Source of the DNA: Candidatus Bathyarchaeota archaeon
GTDB taxonomy: Archaea > Thermoproteota > Bathyarchaeia > Bathyarchaeales > Bathycorpusculaceae
Direction of reading: 5' to 3'
DNA: 64,000 nt
Assembly: GCA_963777155.1 (NCBI GenBank)
Contig: CAVZPM010000034.1
Coordinates: 25,924 to 89,923, forward strand
Made by a program: the position numbers and the translations under genes. The notes beneath the pieces are model-generated. The model saw only the letters and a list, made by a program, of their open reading frames with translations. It was not told where the DNA came from and ran no database searches. Below, piece after piece: positions 10,140 to 19,783 of the stretch; the stretch's first letter is position 1; every line of letters starts with the position of its first letter.

Positions 10140-10385
10140 TTAGTGAGACTTAGTCTGGTTGATTCGATCTGTTATGGCATCGCTTTGTTCAGGTGTAAAC
10201 AACTCTTCGCTGCAGCTTGGGCATTTCAGTGCCTTAACATTTTGCAGGATTATGCCATCAACTTCAAAATCAAATTCTACCTCGATGTATTCTATGCAGC
10301 ATGAGGGACAAAGGAGCGCATTTGCTTTGGTGCCGTTTGGCTTATTGGGTAATTTTTTTCCCAAGTTCTTCTGCCCAAACCTCAA
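10140..10385 (-). CDS. YgiT/MqsA-type zinc finger protein
   Basis: CPSC...EVDGIILQNVKALKCPSCSEELFTPEQ; real start probably near 10355. Confidence 0.65.
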   Translation of the reverse strand: MRFGQKNLGKKLPNKPNGTKANALLCPSCCIEYIEVEFDFEVDGIILQNVKALKCPSCSEELFTPEQSDAITDRINQTKSH

Positions 10386-10812
10386 CTTTAGACATATCGG
10401 TGTTATCTAACATGGTTTTCTTAAAGTATCTTATACGGCCACCAAATGCTTCAGCGCTTATAGGATTAACTTTGGGGTATTTGGATAATGTTTTTTCAAC
10501 AAATTTTGCTTTTGCGTTGTCGTAACTTCCAGGGGTACCCGCCCAAGAAGAGGATACAAAAAAAGCCACCTTCTTCCCAGTCAAATCGTTCTCCAAAAAC
10601 TTCAGAACTTTGCCATAAACTCTTCCGTTTCTAACTCCGCCGCCGATAATAACGTTCTGGTACTGAGTTAATTCAAGGGGTTTTTGCTCTTCGAGGTCAA
10701 CCAAATCAACTTCGAGCTGAAACTTTGATCGTAGAGTTGCCGCTATTTTTCTTGCTGCTTCTTCAGTGGCTCCACCTTTTGTTTGATAGGCGATTAGGGT
10801 TTTACCCATCAA
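10342..10812 (-). CDS. Flavodoxin-domain protein (HemG-like)
   Basis: LIAYQTKGGATEEAA, IIGGGV, AFGGR motifs. Confidence 0.8.
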   Translation of the reverse strand: MMGKTLIAYQTKGGATEEAARKIAATLRSKFQLEVDLVDLEEQKPLELTQYQNVIIGGGVRNGRVYGKVLKFLENDLTGKKVAFFVSSSWAGTPGSYDNAKAKFVEKTLSKYPKVNPISAEAFGGRIRYFKKTMLDNTDMSKVEVWAEELGKKITQ

Positions 10813-10813
10813 T

Positions 10814-11182
10814 TCAAGTACTTCCGCGTGATTCTTTATCGGTCACCATTCTGCTTCCGCAGTTGTTGCAGAAGATTGAGCCTGATGGGTTTTTGGTTCC
10901 ACATTTTGGGCAAGCAACTGAGCCTTGGGCTGCAGTAGCGGAGGGTTTTCCCTGTAAATCTCTGCTGACTTTTTTGAATGCGGAATGTGTTTCTTTAGCT
11001 GCAATTGTGAATGCTTTTTCAAGTTCAATTCCTACTTGGTAGAATGCATCACGTATTTCATCTGCTGGGTAAGTTGCTTTGGCAGCTTTGCCTTTTGGGG
11101 TTTTTGTGCCACATTTAGGGCAGAAGTACGATTCATCATCTATTTTTGAGCCACAGTTGGAGCAGTAAACCAATCTTTTCAC
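10814..11182 (-). CDS. Double zinc-ribbon domain protein
   Basis: CSNCG...FCPKCG at the N-terminus and CPKCG...FCNNCG at the C-terminus. Confidence 0.8.
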   Translation of the reverse strand: MKRLVYCSNCGSKIDDESYFCPKCGTKTPKGKAAKATYPADEIRDAFYQVGIELEKAFTIAAKETHSAFKKVSRDLQGKPSATAAQGSVACPKCGTKNPSGSIFCNNCGSRMVTDKESRGST

Positions 11183-11256
11183 CAGTAAAATAGCATGCCG
11201 AGCTGTGAATTTAAGCCTTTATAGAAACGGAAAATAAAGGAAAATTTGTTGGATGT

Positions 11257-12618
11257 TTAATCTACAAGTTTTTTCTTGGCTTCTTCAATTAGTTTCACTG
11301 TTTGCAACCGCCAAGGCTCAAAGCCTTCAGGTGATGCAGGATAAGTATTGTAGTGTGCGCTAAGACCCCTCATCATCGTTACTGTTAGGCGTAGTCTGTT
11401 GAGGAAGCCGACTCTGCGTAATCCCTTGAAGACTCGTTTAGCGGTTTCAGTGATGTTTAGATGGAAATCGTCGCCCATGCCTGCCTTGAGTACGTCGTCT
11501 TCTGTCATGAGTTTCTCGTTCATACCATAGTTTAGGTCTTCGTCACTGCATGAGAGGAGGAACATTTTGAAGATGTCAAGTGTGCCTTGTTTCTTGCCGT
11601 AGGTGTCAATGTATTTCTTGTTGTAGCCCCAGAGTGCTTCTTTGGTTGGTTCGCCTTTGCTGAGTGCTTCAACGATTTGTTGTCCTGCTAAGTAGCCGCT
11701 GAGCATTGAGGGTCCGATGCCGCCGCCGTGAATTGGGTTAACTAGGGATGCTGCATCGCCAACTAGCATGACACCGTTGGAGACCATGTTGTCGATTGGT
11801 CTACGGACGGGGTCAAACCATGCTCCACCGGTTAAAACCAAGGAGCCTTCAAAGATTGGCTTTTTAAATGCTGTTTTGTAAAGTTGAGTTTTAGGGTTAG
11901 GGTAATTTGGACGCATGCAAGCGCCTATTCCAACATTAACCCGTGCGCCGCCTTTGGGGAAAATCCAAATGTAGCCGCCTGGAGAGGCTTTTTGGTTGAG
12001 GTAGATTTCGCAGAAACGGGTGTTTTCGGTTTCCTGTTTAAGTTGGCGGATTTCTCGGTAGCACGCTTCGACATCCTCATTTGCTATTTCGCGGTCTATG
12101 CCCATCTCGGCGGGCAACTGTTTACGGACCATGCCAAAGTAGCCGCTGGCGTCAATCACAACTTTGCTGTGCATCTCGGCAACTTTGCCCGTGACCATGT
12201 TTTTGGCGGTCACGCCAACAACTGTGCCTTTCTCGATTATTGGCGATCTGAAGTTCATGTTGTCTTGGAGCAACGCGCCTTGATCGGTGGCTTTCTTAAG
12301 GAGCCACTGGCCAAATAGACGCCTGTTGAGTAAGTGGCCGACGAAGTCTTTGTCGGCTATGGTGAAGACGGTGTTTTCGTCTGGGCTGTAGATTTTTATG
12401 CCATCTATTTTAGCTTCTAACTCGCCGCCTGTGGGTTTTTCGAGCCCCAAAAATTTTAGGTGATGTTCGCCTAAAGCGTCGCCGCAGATTTTCTCTCCGA
12501 TTTCTTCGCGTTTTTTCTTCTCTACTAAGCAGACTTTTAGTCCTTTTTCAGCGACAGTTTTTGCTGCAAGGCAGCCTGCTGTTCCTGCACCTACAACTAT
12601 GACGTCATATTTTTCCAT
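11257..12618 (-). CDS. Geranylgeranyl reductase family (digeranylgeranylglycerophospholipid reductase-like)
   Basis: DVIVVGAGTAG, KICGD, PGGYIWIFPKG, LVGDAASLVNPIHGGGI. Confidence 0.88.
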   Translation of the reverse strand: MEKYDVIVVGAGTAGCLAAKTVAEKGLKVCLVEKKKREEIGEKICGDALGEHHLKFLGLEKPTGGELEAKIDGIKIYSPDENTVFTIADKDFVGHLLNRRLFGQWLLKKATDQGALLQDNMNFRSPIIEKGTVVGVTAKNMVTGKVAEMHSKVVIDASGYFGMVRKQLPAEMGIDREIANEDVEACYREIRQLKQETENTRFCEIYLNQKASPGGYIWIFPKGGARVNVGIGACMRPNYPNPKTQLYKTAFKKPIFEGSLVLTGGAWFDPVRRPIDNMVSNGVMLVGDAASLVNPIHGGGIGPSMLSGYLAGQQIVEALSKGEPTKEALWGYNKKYIDTYGKKQGTLDIFKMFLLSCSDEDLNYGMNEKLMTEDDVLKAGMGDDFHLNITETAKRVFKGLRRVGFLNRLRLTVTMMRGLSAHYNTYPASPEGFEPWRLQTVKLIEEAKKKLVD

Positions 12619-12719
12619 GTGATTTGTTCCTCCAAGTTAACTTTACTTTGTATACCTTGTTGTATATGTAAAGCTTAATAAATTATGAAGTAAGCAAAAC
12701 CACACCGAGTGTAGGTCAG

Positions 12720-13148
12720 ATGAGTGCCCCACTAACTTTAAGCGCAGAATTCCGCAAGATCGTGGAAGCCCGCATGAACCAAGTTCTACATGGCATAGAG
12801 GAAACCTTTAACGCCATTATAGAGAAACAAAAAATCACTCCCACCGAACTCAAAGATGAACTTGAAAGTCTCCAAGACAGCTTCAACATGCTTTTCCAGA
12901 AATGGAGCCTGGAAATCCTTTACACTCTCATGCTTAAAGATGCCATTGGCTTTGGCGAAATAAAAAAAACTTTGGGTGTCAACTCAAGAACCCTCTCAGA
13001 CAAACTCAAGATGCTTCAAACACACGGCTACATAATCCGAAACGTCACGGCTGGTCCACCCTTGCGAGTAGCTTATTCGCTGACTTCTAAGGGAAAAAAC
13101 ACTGTGCTGTTAGCTTTGCCGCTACTGTACTATTCCAGTTCAACTTAG
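12720..13148 (+). CDS. HxlR-family winged-helix regulator
   Basis: KWSLEIL...GFGEIKKTL.VNSRTLSDKLK...PLRVAYSLTSKG. Confidence 0.85.
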   Translation: MSAPLTLSAEFRKIVEARMNQVLHGIEETFNAIIEKQKITPTELKDELESLQDSFNMLFQKWSLEILYTLMLKDAIGFGEIKKTLGVNSRTLSDKLKMLQTHGYIIRNVTAGPPLRVAYSLTSKGKNTVLLALPLLYYSSST

Positions 13149-13149
13149 C

Positions 13150-13659
13150 CTAAGGCTTCAGCAAGCTTTTCTTGAATGTTTGGGGCAGACTTGTTGATTC
13201 TTTCACGGTTTCAAAAACCATGCATGTCAAAGTCTTATCTAAACCCTTGATCAACCGCAACTTGTCAACTACAAACTTTCCCACCGCATCCACATTCTCT
13301 GCACGTAACTTCACAAGCAAATCCCAGTCCCCAGTTATGATGTGGACTTCCTGCACTTCGGGAAAGCGGGCGATTTCTTCTGCCACGTGACGCTGCGAAA
13401 TCGGTGTTTCGTCTTCGTTTTTTGCTCTGTATGAGACTGCGGCGAGGATGAAAGCGGCGGTGGCGAGGTTGAGTTTTTCTGGAGAGAGAATAGCGCGGTA
13501 CTGTTTTATGATGCCCATTTCTTCCATGCGTTTGGTTTTGGCAAAGACAGTAGTAATTGGGGTGTTGATTTTTTTTGCTATTTGGTTGGCAGTTAGTTTG
13601 CTGTTTTCTTGGATGAGAGTTAAGATGGCAAGATCTTTTTCATCTAGTTTAACGCTCAT
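13150..13659 (-). CDS. Lrp/AsnC-family transcriptional regulator
   Basis: LDEKDLAIL HTH, EVHIITGDWDLLVK RAM domain; divergent from asnA. Confidence 0.9.
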   Translation of the reverse strand: MSVKLDEKDLAILTLIQENSKLTANQIAKKINTPITTVFAKTKRMEEMGIIKQYRAILSPEKLNLATAAFILAAVSYRAKNEDETPISQRHVAEEIARFPEVQEVHIITGDWDLLVKLRAENVDAVGKFVVDKLRLIKGLDKTLTCMVFETVKESTSLPQTFKKSLLKP

Positions 13660-13660
13660 G

Positions 13661-13714
13661 TGTAAATATTACAGGTTTCAAGTATAAAAACTTGTATTAA
13701 TTGTAAAATATCCA
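13661..13714. promoter_or_regulatory. Candidate Lrp operator(s) in the lrp-asnA divergent promoter
   Basis: Palindrome TGTAA-ATA-TTACA at 13661-13673 abutting the lrp start; degenerate copy TGTAAAATATCCA at 13702-13714. Confidence 0.4.
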
Positions 13715-13774
13715 TGTTTTATTATAAAAAATTTATTACCTGCCCCGCATAGTGTACACAAAAACAAATTCACA

Positions 13775-14749
13775 GTGACCAAAATGACAAGACAAGAAAC
13801 AATAGCAATCCCAAAGCCGTTAGATCAACTAACGGAAACTGAAATAGAAAGAAAAGCCTGCATAGGCAAAGTTATGACTTACACCCTAAGAAGCCTCTCA
13901 AACACCTTTGTAAACAAAGGCTTCCAATGGCTCCTACCTGTGGCACTCAGCCAAAGCACCGACCCACTCTGGCCAGACCCAGGCGCATCAATAGAGAAAC
14001 GCATCGAAGTCGACATCTACGGCAAACCTGTCCGCACCACAGCCAGCATGATTATCCACAAACTCGTCGCCTCGTCCACCGCCTACCCCAAACTATTCAT
14101 ACTTTCACCAAACATCAGAATCGAAAAAGCTGAACGCGCCAAAACAGGCAAACACATCTACGAATTCACCCAGCTAGACTTTGAATCAAGAGACGCCACC
14201 AGCAAAGATGTGATGACTCTTGTTGAGGAAGCCATAGTTACTTTGGTTAAGGATCTGAAAAAGGACATGAAAAGCGAATTAACTACCCTCTGTCGCTGCG
14301 ATAGTCTCAAAGTTCCCAAGACACCCTTCAAAATTTATGACCGCGTTGACCTAGAAGCCAAATACGGTGCAGATTGGGAAGCGGGCATCGCCAAAGAAAC
14401 AACTGAACCTATCTGGGTAATGAACATTCCACGAGAATTCTACGACTTTGAAGACTTCAAGACAGGCAAATGGGACAACTATGACCTATTTCTGCCGCAA
14501 TTTGGAGAAGTTCTCTCAGGTGCCAAACGCGAATATGAATACAAGAAAATTCTAAGCAAGATTGAACGCGACCAAGTAAAGAAAGAAAACTACGCCCTTG
14601 TCCTTAAGATGGCAAAGGAAGGCAGACTGAAACCTACTGCTGGTGGAGGCATAGGCATGGAACGTTTAGTCGGCTGGCTTGCAGGCGTTAAACACATCGC
14701 TGAATGTCAACCGTTCCCACGTGTACCAGGAACAGTTAACGAACTCTAA
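13775..14749 (+). CDS. asnA: Archaeal asparagine synthetase A (AsnRS-like, lacking the anticodon domain)
   Basis: STDPLWPDP, SMIIHK, SPNIRIE, HIYEFTQLDFE, EVLSGAKRE, GGGIGMERL. Confidence 0.88.
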   Translation: MTKMTRQETIAIPKPLDQLTETEIERKACIGKVMTYTLRSLSNTFVNKGFQWLLPVALSQSTDPLWPDPGASIEKRIEVDIYGKPVRTTASMIIHKLVASSTAYPKLFILSPNIRIEKAERAKTGKHIYEFTQLDFESRDATSKDVMTLVEEAIVTLVKDLKKDMKSELTTLCRCDSLKVPKTPFKIYDRVDLEAKYGADWEAGIAKETTEPIWVMNIPREFYDFEDFKTGKWDNYDLFLPQFGEVLSGAKREYEYKKILSKIERDQVKKENYALVLKMAKEGRLKPTAGGGIGMERLVGWLAGVKHIAECQPFPRVPGTVNEL

Positions 14750-14764
14750 GAGATTGATGAAGCT

Positions 14765-16660
14765 ATGAATCCATACCTTGAAGCATTACAAACAAAACTA
14801 AGCCCCGCAGACTTCAAAAAACTAAGCGCCATCGACAACCCCAACGTCCACGAATTCATCGCAAAAGAAAGTGACCTCTGCCACCCAGAAAAGATTTTCA
14901 TATGCAGTGATTCCGTCGAAGACATTGCCTACGTTCGTAAGCAAGCAATCGCAACAGGCGAAGAACAAGCCATCCTAACAATACCTGGACATACCGTTCA
15001 CTTTGACGGTGAACAAGACCAGGGACGAGATCGCCAAGCAACCAAATACCTTGTTCCCAAAGGCGTCAGTCTAAGCAAAGCCCTCAACCAGATGGACCGT
15101 CAAGAAGGCCTTTTGGAAGTCATGAGTTTGCTTAGGAATTCGATGATTGGCAAAACAATGATTGTCCGCTTCATCGCCCTTGGACCCGCCGACTCGGTTT
15201 TCACAATTTTTGGGTTGCAATGTACTGACTCTTGGTATGTAGCTCACTCTGAATCACTGCTGTACCGACCTGGCTACGACCAATTCGTAAAAGCAGGAAA
15301 CAAAAGCGATTTCTTACGTGTCCTACACTCCGCTGGAAAACTGAACAGCGACATGGTCAGCATCGATTACGCTAAAAAGCGCATCTACATCGACCACATG
15401 GACAACACCATCTACAGCGTCAACACTCAATACGCAGGCAACTCAGTCGGCTTCAAAAAACTCGCCTTCCGTCTAGCAATCCGCAAAGCCAGCAGTGAAG
15501 GTTGGCTAGCCGAACACATGTTACTCATGGGCGTCTTCGGTCCAGGCGGACGAAAAACCTACTTTGCAGGTGCATTCCCAAGTGCATGCGGCAAAACCTC
15601 AACTGCAATGCTTCCAGGAGAAACCATACTTGGCGACGACATCGCATATATCCGCGACATCGACTCTACCGCACGCGCAGTAAACGTTGAGTCAGGAATC
15701 TTCGGAATCATACAAGATGTTAACTCCAAAGATGACGCCTTAATCTGGAAAGTACTAACAAACCCCGGAGAAATCGTGTTCTCTAACATTCTAGTAAAAG
15801 ACGGTAATCCATACTGGCTTGGAATGGGAAAGGAACTGCCAAAAGACGGCTGCAACTACAGCGGAACATGGTACGAAGGTAAAAAAGACGAAAACGGCAA
15901 TGAAGTCCCTGCAGCAAACAAGAACGCCCGCTACGCAGTAGCCCTAAATGCACTTGAAAACGTTGACCCTGAACTTGAAAACCCTAACGGCGTCGAACTC
16001 GGCGGCATCATGTACGGTGGCCGAGACGCAAAAGCATACGTTCCCGTTCAGCAAAGCTTCAGTTGGGAACACGGAATAATCGCTTACGGTGCCTCACTTG
16101 AGACAGAAACTACTTTCGCAACCATCGGCAAAGAAGGTGTTCCTGAAATCAACATGATGAGCATCCAAGACTTCATAAGCATCCCCATGGGCAAAAACGT
16201 ACACAACAATCTAAACTTCGGAGGCAAACTCAGAAAGCAACCCATAGTCTTCGGCGTCAACTACTTCCTCAAAGAAGTCGGCAACGACAAATACCTCAAC
16301 AGCCCACAGGATAAACATGTCTGGATAAAATGGATGGAACTACGAGTACACAACGAAGTAGACGCCCTAAAAACACCAACCGGTTACATTCCAAAGTACG
16401 AAGACCTCCACAAACTCTTCAAACAAGTATTGGGCAAAAACTACGCTAAAGAAGACTACATCAAACAGTTTACTATACGTGTCCCCGAGAACCTGGCAAA
16501 GATAGAACGGGTATCACGTTTCTATCAAGAAAACGTTACTGACACACCGCTGGAACTCTTCGGCATACTCTACATGCAGCGACAACGATTAATCGATGCT
16601 AAGGCTAAATACGGCGATTATATTTCACCCGAAAACTTTGAAAAAGAAGCCGGGGTTTAA
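14765..16660 (+). CDS. pckG: Phosphoenolpyruvate carboxykinase (GTP)
   Basis: YAGNSVGFKK, WLAEHM, AFPSACGKTS, GDDIAY, NARY, YGGRD. Confidence 0.95.
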   Translation: MNPYLEALQTKLSPADFKKLSAIDNPNVHEFIAKESDLCHPEKIFICSDSVEDIAYVRKQAIATGEEQAILTIPGHTVHFDGEQDQGRDRQATKYLVPKGVSLSKALNQMDRQEGLLEVMSLLRNSMIGKTMIVRFIALGPADSVFTIFGLQCTDSWYVAHSESLLYRPGYDQFVKAGNKSDFLRVLHSAGKLNSDMVSIDYAKKRIYIDHMDNTIYSVNTQYAGNSVGFKKLAFRLAIRKASSEGWLAEHMLLMGVFGPGGRKTYFAGAFPSACGKTSTAMLPGETILGDDIAYIRDIDSTARAVNVESGIFGIIQDVNSKDDALIWKVLTNPGEIVFSNILVKDGNPYWLGMGKELPKDGCNYSGTWYEGKKDENGNEVPAANKNARYAVALNALENVDPELENPNGVELGGIMYGGRDAKAYVPVQQSFSWEHGIIAYGASLETETTFATIGKEGVPEINMMSIQDFISIPMGKNVHNNLNFGGKLRKQPIVFGVNYFLKEVGNDKYLNSPQDKHVWIKWMELRVHNEVDALKTPTGYIPKYEDLHKLFKQVLGKNYAKEDYIKQFTIRVPENLAKIERVSRFYQENVTDTPLELFGILYMQRQRLIDAKAKYGDYISPENFEKEAGV

Positions 16661-16685
16661 TGAAAAAGTAATGAATTTGACCTAT

Positions 16686-16702
16686 ATTTTTTTCCTTTTT
16701 TT
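16686..16702 (+). terminator. Oligo-T terminator after pckG
   Basis: T8-CC-T7 tract downstream of the stop codon. Confidence 0.5.
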
Positions 16703-16806
16703 GCGTCAACCTTTTAAATGGAGTCCGCATACTGAATAGAAATTCATAATCGTTATTTAATAAAAACGGTCAAAGAAAAAACAACGAAAGAAAAGAGTGA
16801 AGGTAT

Positions 16807-17055
16807 ATGATGATGAAAAAGCTGGAAAAGAAAACATCGGCGTACACCATAAACATGGCTACACTTGAAGGCGACGGTTCGTTCCAATGTCCCAAATGCG
16901 GAAAATCCATCTCGCCCGATGATGATCCAGAAGACAACTACGAAATCTTAGATACCAAATGCGTCAACGACGAACTTGCCGAGTTAGTCATAAGCTGCGC
17001 CAAATGCAGAAGTACCATAAAACTTACCGGTTTTCAAGAAGGCTTAACCGAATAG
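16807..17055 (+). CDS. Small zinc-binding hypothetical protein
   Basis: CPKCG...ISPDD...CAKC pair. Confidence 0.7.
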   Translation: MMMKKLEKKTSAYTINMATLEGDGSFQCPKCGKSISPDDDPEDNYEILDTKCVNDELAELVISCAKCRSTIKLTGFQEGLTE

Positions 17056-17147
17056 TATCTTTTATGACAAGTTTATTCTTTCTTCATTTTATTTGATTAA
17101 TTAAATGCAAATGCTTTTTTTCAACTTCAATAGTATCTATTTGTGGT

Positions 17148-17771
17148 TTGATGCTCGTCGAAACTTTCACCGTTGGCATGTTATCTACCAACTGTTACAT
17201 AGCAAGTTGCCCAGACACAAAAGAAGCAGTAATAATCGATCCGGGACTAGACTTTTCTTATGAAGCTCAACCAATTCACGATTACATAAAGGAAGCCAAA
17301 TTAAAACTCAAATTTATCATTAACACACATGGACACGAAGACCACATCAAAGGCGACACCATCTTCCAAGAAAAATACAATGTCCCAATCTGTATTCACT
17401 CGCTTGATGCCCATTTCATTGAAATCATAAGAAACCCCAAGTTTCCAACTATCGTCTTGGATGAAGGCAGTTTTCTTCAATGTGGCGGTGAAGTGCTCAA
17501 GGTTATTCATACTCCCGGACATACTCCAGGCAGTATATGCCTTGTGGGAGAAAGGCTCATTTTCACCGGCGATACATTATTCGCTGGCGGAATTGGGAGA
17601 ACCGATTTTCCGGGAGGCTCAATAATTGACATGAACAATTCACTAAAGAAACTAACTAGTTTGCCTGATTACCTTTTGGTGTATCCTGGCCACGGCGAAA
17701 CCTCTATGATTGGCGAAGAAAAAAGAGCAAATCCTTTCCTGAATAATAAAAGTGAGAACAGATTTTTTTAA
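17148..17771 (+). CDS. MBL-fold metallo-hydrolase (glyoxalase II-like)
   Basis: THGHEDH, HTPGHTPG, FTGDTLF, YPGHG. Confidence 0.9.
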   Translation: MMLVETFTVGMLSTNCYIASCPDTKEAVIIDPGLDFSYEAQPIHDYIKEAKLKLKFIINTHGHEDHIKGDTIFQEKYNVPICIHSLDAHFIEIIRNPKFPTIVLDEGSFLQCGGEVLKVIHTPGHTPGSICLVGERLIFTGDTLFAGGIGRTDFPGGSIIDMNNSLKKLTSLPDYLLVYPGHGETSMIGEEKRANPFLNNKSENRFF

Positions 17772-18764
17772 TTAGGCGTTTGGTGGGTTTTGGCCGATTT
17801 CCTGTAAGGCTCGTAACCTTTTGATTATGTTCGGGTGGGTTGATAAGATTTCGGCGAACTTGTCGACTGATGTGGGTTGTTTTGAGAGTGTTTCTCTTAA
17901 TAGGTCTTGCTTGTTTGTTATGCGGTTTGTATTCAACTCTGCTGAGTCTGCGTTTGCGCGTTCGGGGTCAGCGATGAAGAGTGCTTTGTAGGAGCTGTTG
18001 CTTTTCTGCTGGTCTTTCTGGCTAGTAGGATGCTTACTTTCCTGTACAATTGTTATTAAGCCTGTGGAGAGTTTTTGTGCGCCGTTTTCGACGATTTGGG
18101 CACTGTGTCTATCAGCATAGTATTCACGCAGGCGACTCAGGTACAATGTGAATAATGTCAGTACCCATGAAAAAGCCATGAATGCAATGCCAAACAGTGC
18201 ATTGTTTCCACCGCCTCCATTTTTCCGTTCTGAACCGCCGCCGAACATGCCCGATAGCATCATGGAGTAACCGATGTAGTAGAATAGAGCTGGCAAAAAC
18301 GAAACCACCATCATGACTTGTACGTCGCGGTGCTTCAAGTGCCCAAGTTCATGCCCAATAACGGCTTCAACTTCTCCGTCGTCTAAGTTCTTTAAAAGTC
18401 CCTGAGTAACAGCAACTCGGCTTCCGGTCAGCGGTGATCCGTAGGCGAATGCGTTTGGCAGTGGGATTTGGGAGAGCATGAGTTTCGGTGCGGATATTCC
18501 ACTTTTTCGGCTTAAATCGGAAACCATCTGGTGTATTTGGAGGTTTTCATTTTGGGGCATTTCTTTAACTTTGTAGATCCAGCCTACAAGGTAGGGGGAC
18601 ATTAACCATTGGGCAATGTTGAGGACAACCACGAATATGCCTATAGTGTATAAGCTTAAGCCTATCCCAGCCCAAGTTAACACAACCGTAAACACGAGTG
18701 TAGTTAAGCCAAAGATTATGGCTAAAGTTGCAACCATAGAAAGTCGAAGTTTCCAAGCGTTCAT
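17772..18764 (-). CDS. htpX: Zinc metalloprotease HtpX (M48)
   Basis: PNAFAYG, HELGH, SRLREYYAD, STHP. Confidence 0.92.
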   Translation of the reverse strand: MNAWKLRLSMVATLAIIFGLTTLVFTVVLTWAGIGLSLYTIGIFVVVLNIAQWLMSPYLVGWIYKVKEMPQNENLQIHQMVSDLSRKSGISAPKLMLSQIPLPNAFAYGSPLTGSRVAVTQGLLKNLDDGEVEAVIGHELGHLKHRDVQVMMVVSFLPALFYYIGYSMMLSGMFGGGSERKNGGGGNNALFGIAFMAFSWVLTLFTLYLSRLREYYADRHSAQIVENGAQKLSTGLITIVQESKHPTSQKDQQKSNSSYKALFIADPERANADSAELNTNRITNKQDLLRETLSKQPTSVDKFAEILSTHPNIIKRLRALQEIGQNPPNA

Positions 18765-18864
18765 GCTTTTGTCACTTTCTGTTTCTTCAATGTGTCTTTA
18801 TGGGCGCTTATAACTTTTGTGCGGTAAACTAAAACAACTGTCCTTAGAACAGCAGATCAAAAAG

Positions 18865-19593
18865 TTATTTTGGATTTGCCTTAAAGATGAGACGGGAAGA
18901 ATCCACGCTAAAGTCTTCCTCGTCGTAACCTCCAAAAACTCGATTAACCCTAAAACCAGCGCCTTCCAGTAATCTCAGAAGCTCATCCTGTCCGTACAAG
19001 CGAACCTTATGCTCAAAAACCCTAACCTGTCCATCTGACTTGTTACGGATAGCCCAAGAATCACAAAGCCAATCACCGTTGCTACTTACGGTTCTTATTT
19101 GTTGGAGAAAAAAACTTGGGTACTCTTTCTCCTTGGAGGATTTATTTTGGTCTTTATATCTCAGAGTTAGATATTCTCGGTTGAAAACATCGATGACAAA
19201 CAACCCCTCCTGAAACAGCACCCTTCGCACTTCAGTAAGGCTAACTTTGTCATCTACTTTCGAGGGTAAGTATCCAAAACTCGTGTCAAGGCTAACAGCA
19301 GCAACGAAGGCACCCGTTTTTAAGGGTAAAAAACGAATATCACCCAACACCACCATTATGTCGTGGGAGCGTTTCTTGGCAATTTTAAGAAGCCTTCGTG
19401 ATGACATCCAAACCCACCATACAATATCCATCTGCGTTTAAGGCAATAGCGTGCCTTCCCGATCCGCAGGCAAGATCTAACACATACCCAGAAGGCTTAA
19501 GGTGGCTTTTTAGGAATTGGATTTGCTTCTCTGTCTGGTTCTTATCCGCTATCTCTACCCAATAAGTCCCATATCATCGAAGACGTTAGTCGT
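18865..19593 (-). CDS. Class I SAM-dependent methyltransferase (two frameshifts; start approximate)
   Basis: Upstream frame gives YWVEIADKNQTEKQIQFL...VLDLACGSGRH...GLDV, joining the 18865-19431 ORF. Confidence 0.75.
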
Positions 19594-19783
19594 AGTTTCC
19601 CCCCTAAACATTAAGGATACGCAGATTTAGCAGTTTAGTTTCAACAAATAATAGTTAGTGGTGTCACCAGCTCCAATTTTCTTCCTCTTTCTTTTTTAGA
19701 GGTTTTGGAAAGGGTTAACTTTGATCGAATTAAGAGCAGGGTAACATTCAACCTTTTTTAGCAATAGACGAAGTTGCATCTTT

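Noticed and set aside
10140-10385. MqsRA-like toxin-antitoxin module
   Set aside because: Only the YgiT-type zinc finger is present; no adjacent toxin or HTH domain.
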